A program made the position numbers and the translations under genes. A DNA stretch of 64,000 nt from Intoshia linei (Eukaryota > Animalia > Orthonectida). The notes beneath the pieces are model-generated. The model saw only the letters and a list, made by a program, of their open reading frames with translations, was not told the DNA's origin and made no database searches. The stretch spans positions 2,116 to 66,115 of the forward strand of contig LWCA01000054.1 in assembly GCA_001642005.1 (NCBI GenBank), read 5' to 3'. Below are positions 63,365-64,000 of this stretch, in pieces. Numbering within the stretch: position 1 is the stretch's first letter; every line of letters begins with the position of its first letter.

Positions 63365-64000
63365 TTACCCGTCCGTGGTGACGAATATGTGAGAACCCCT
63401 TTAATAAATGATATATAATCGTATTTTTTATTTTCATTTATAAATCATTAGTGTGTATGTTTTGAAAATATAAAATTTTTACATTAATTTTAACTAATAT
63501 TGTATTAAATTAATAGCAAGTAAGCATTTAAGATATACATTTAGATCAGTGTTTCCCAACTGTGGGGCCAGGTCCCACTGGTAGGCATGACGAAATTTTT
63601 GGTGGGGCCTGGAAAATATTACAAATTTATAGGATTATGAATACTTTAGATTAATTTTATACAATATTCTCAGGTTTATAAGTGGTTATGTGATACTTGA
63701 ACCAATTAATTGTATTATTAAATTATTAGAAGGACAAAAAACATATTTATATCTTTAATGATCGTAGGCTATCTTTCAAATTTGTAAAATTATCCGACTT
63801 TAACTAATTTTTCTAGGGTTGCTTTGTTGCCATTTCTATCCTCTTATTTAGCAGAATGCGGGTTTAGACTTACTGACAAAAAAATAAATAGACTACAAAT
63901 TTCAAAAAGGGAGATCTACGATTAAAGCTTACAACATTATTACTTCATATTAATAAACTCTGTCAGAATCGTCAGGCTCAATCGTCTCATTAATTCTAAA

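Overview
Very AT-rich, gene-dense eukaryotic DNA. FRMD8- and PPP1R21-like genes point to an animal. The 30-50 nt GT-AG introns fit a compact genome, perhaps a reduced parasite such as an orthonectid, but that assignment is only an inference. Most genes are split into small exons, so the ORF track misses them; the models below were assembled by reading splice sites by hand. Gene order: TRMT10 (3' part, +), FAXDC2 (+), UFC1 (+), a ~37-exon gene for a ~1,200-aa Cys-rich surface protein (+), FRMD8 (-), INCENP (-), PPP1R21-like (+), IMP4 (-), PWP1 (+), a small unknown 3-exon gene (-), an orphan ORF with one in-frame stop (-), and LTN1/listerin (+). Large introns and intergenic DNA hold a non-autonomous Helitron family, several hAT MITEs, a pogo/Tigger transposase pseudogene, a TA-flanked MITE, a long-TIR MITE and a 128-bp minisatellite. 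The strongest candidate for an undescribed system is 11418-26229. It encodes a signal peptide, ~33 CxxC furin-like repeats, a Ly6/three-finger domain and a GPI-like tail. Almost every repeat sits on its own phase-1/phase-1 cassette exon, so the architecture resembles a variant surface protein that could be diversified by exon skipping.
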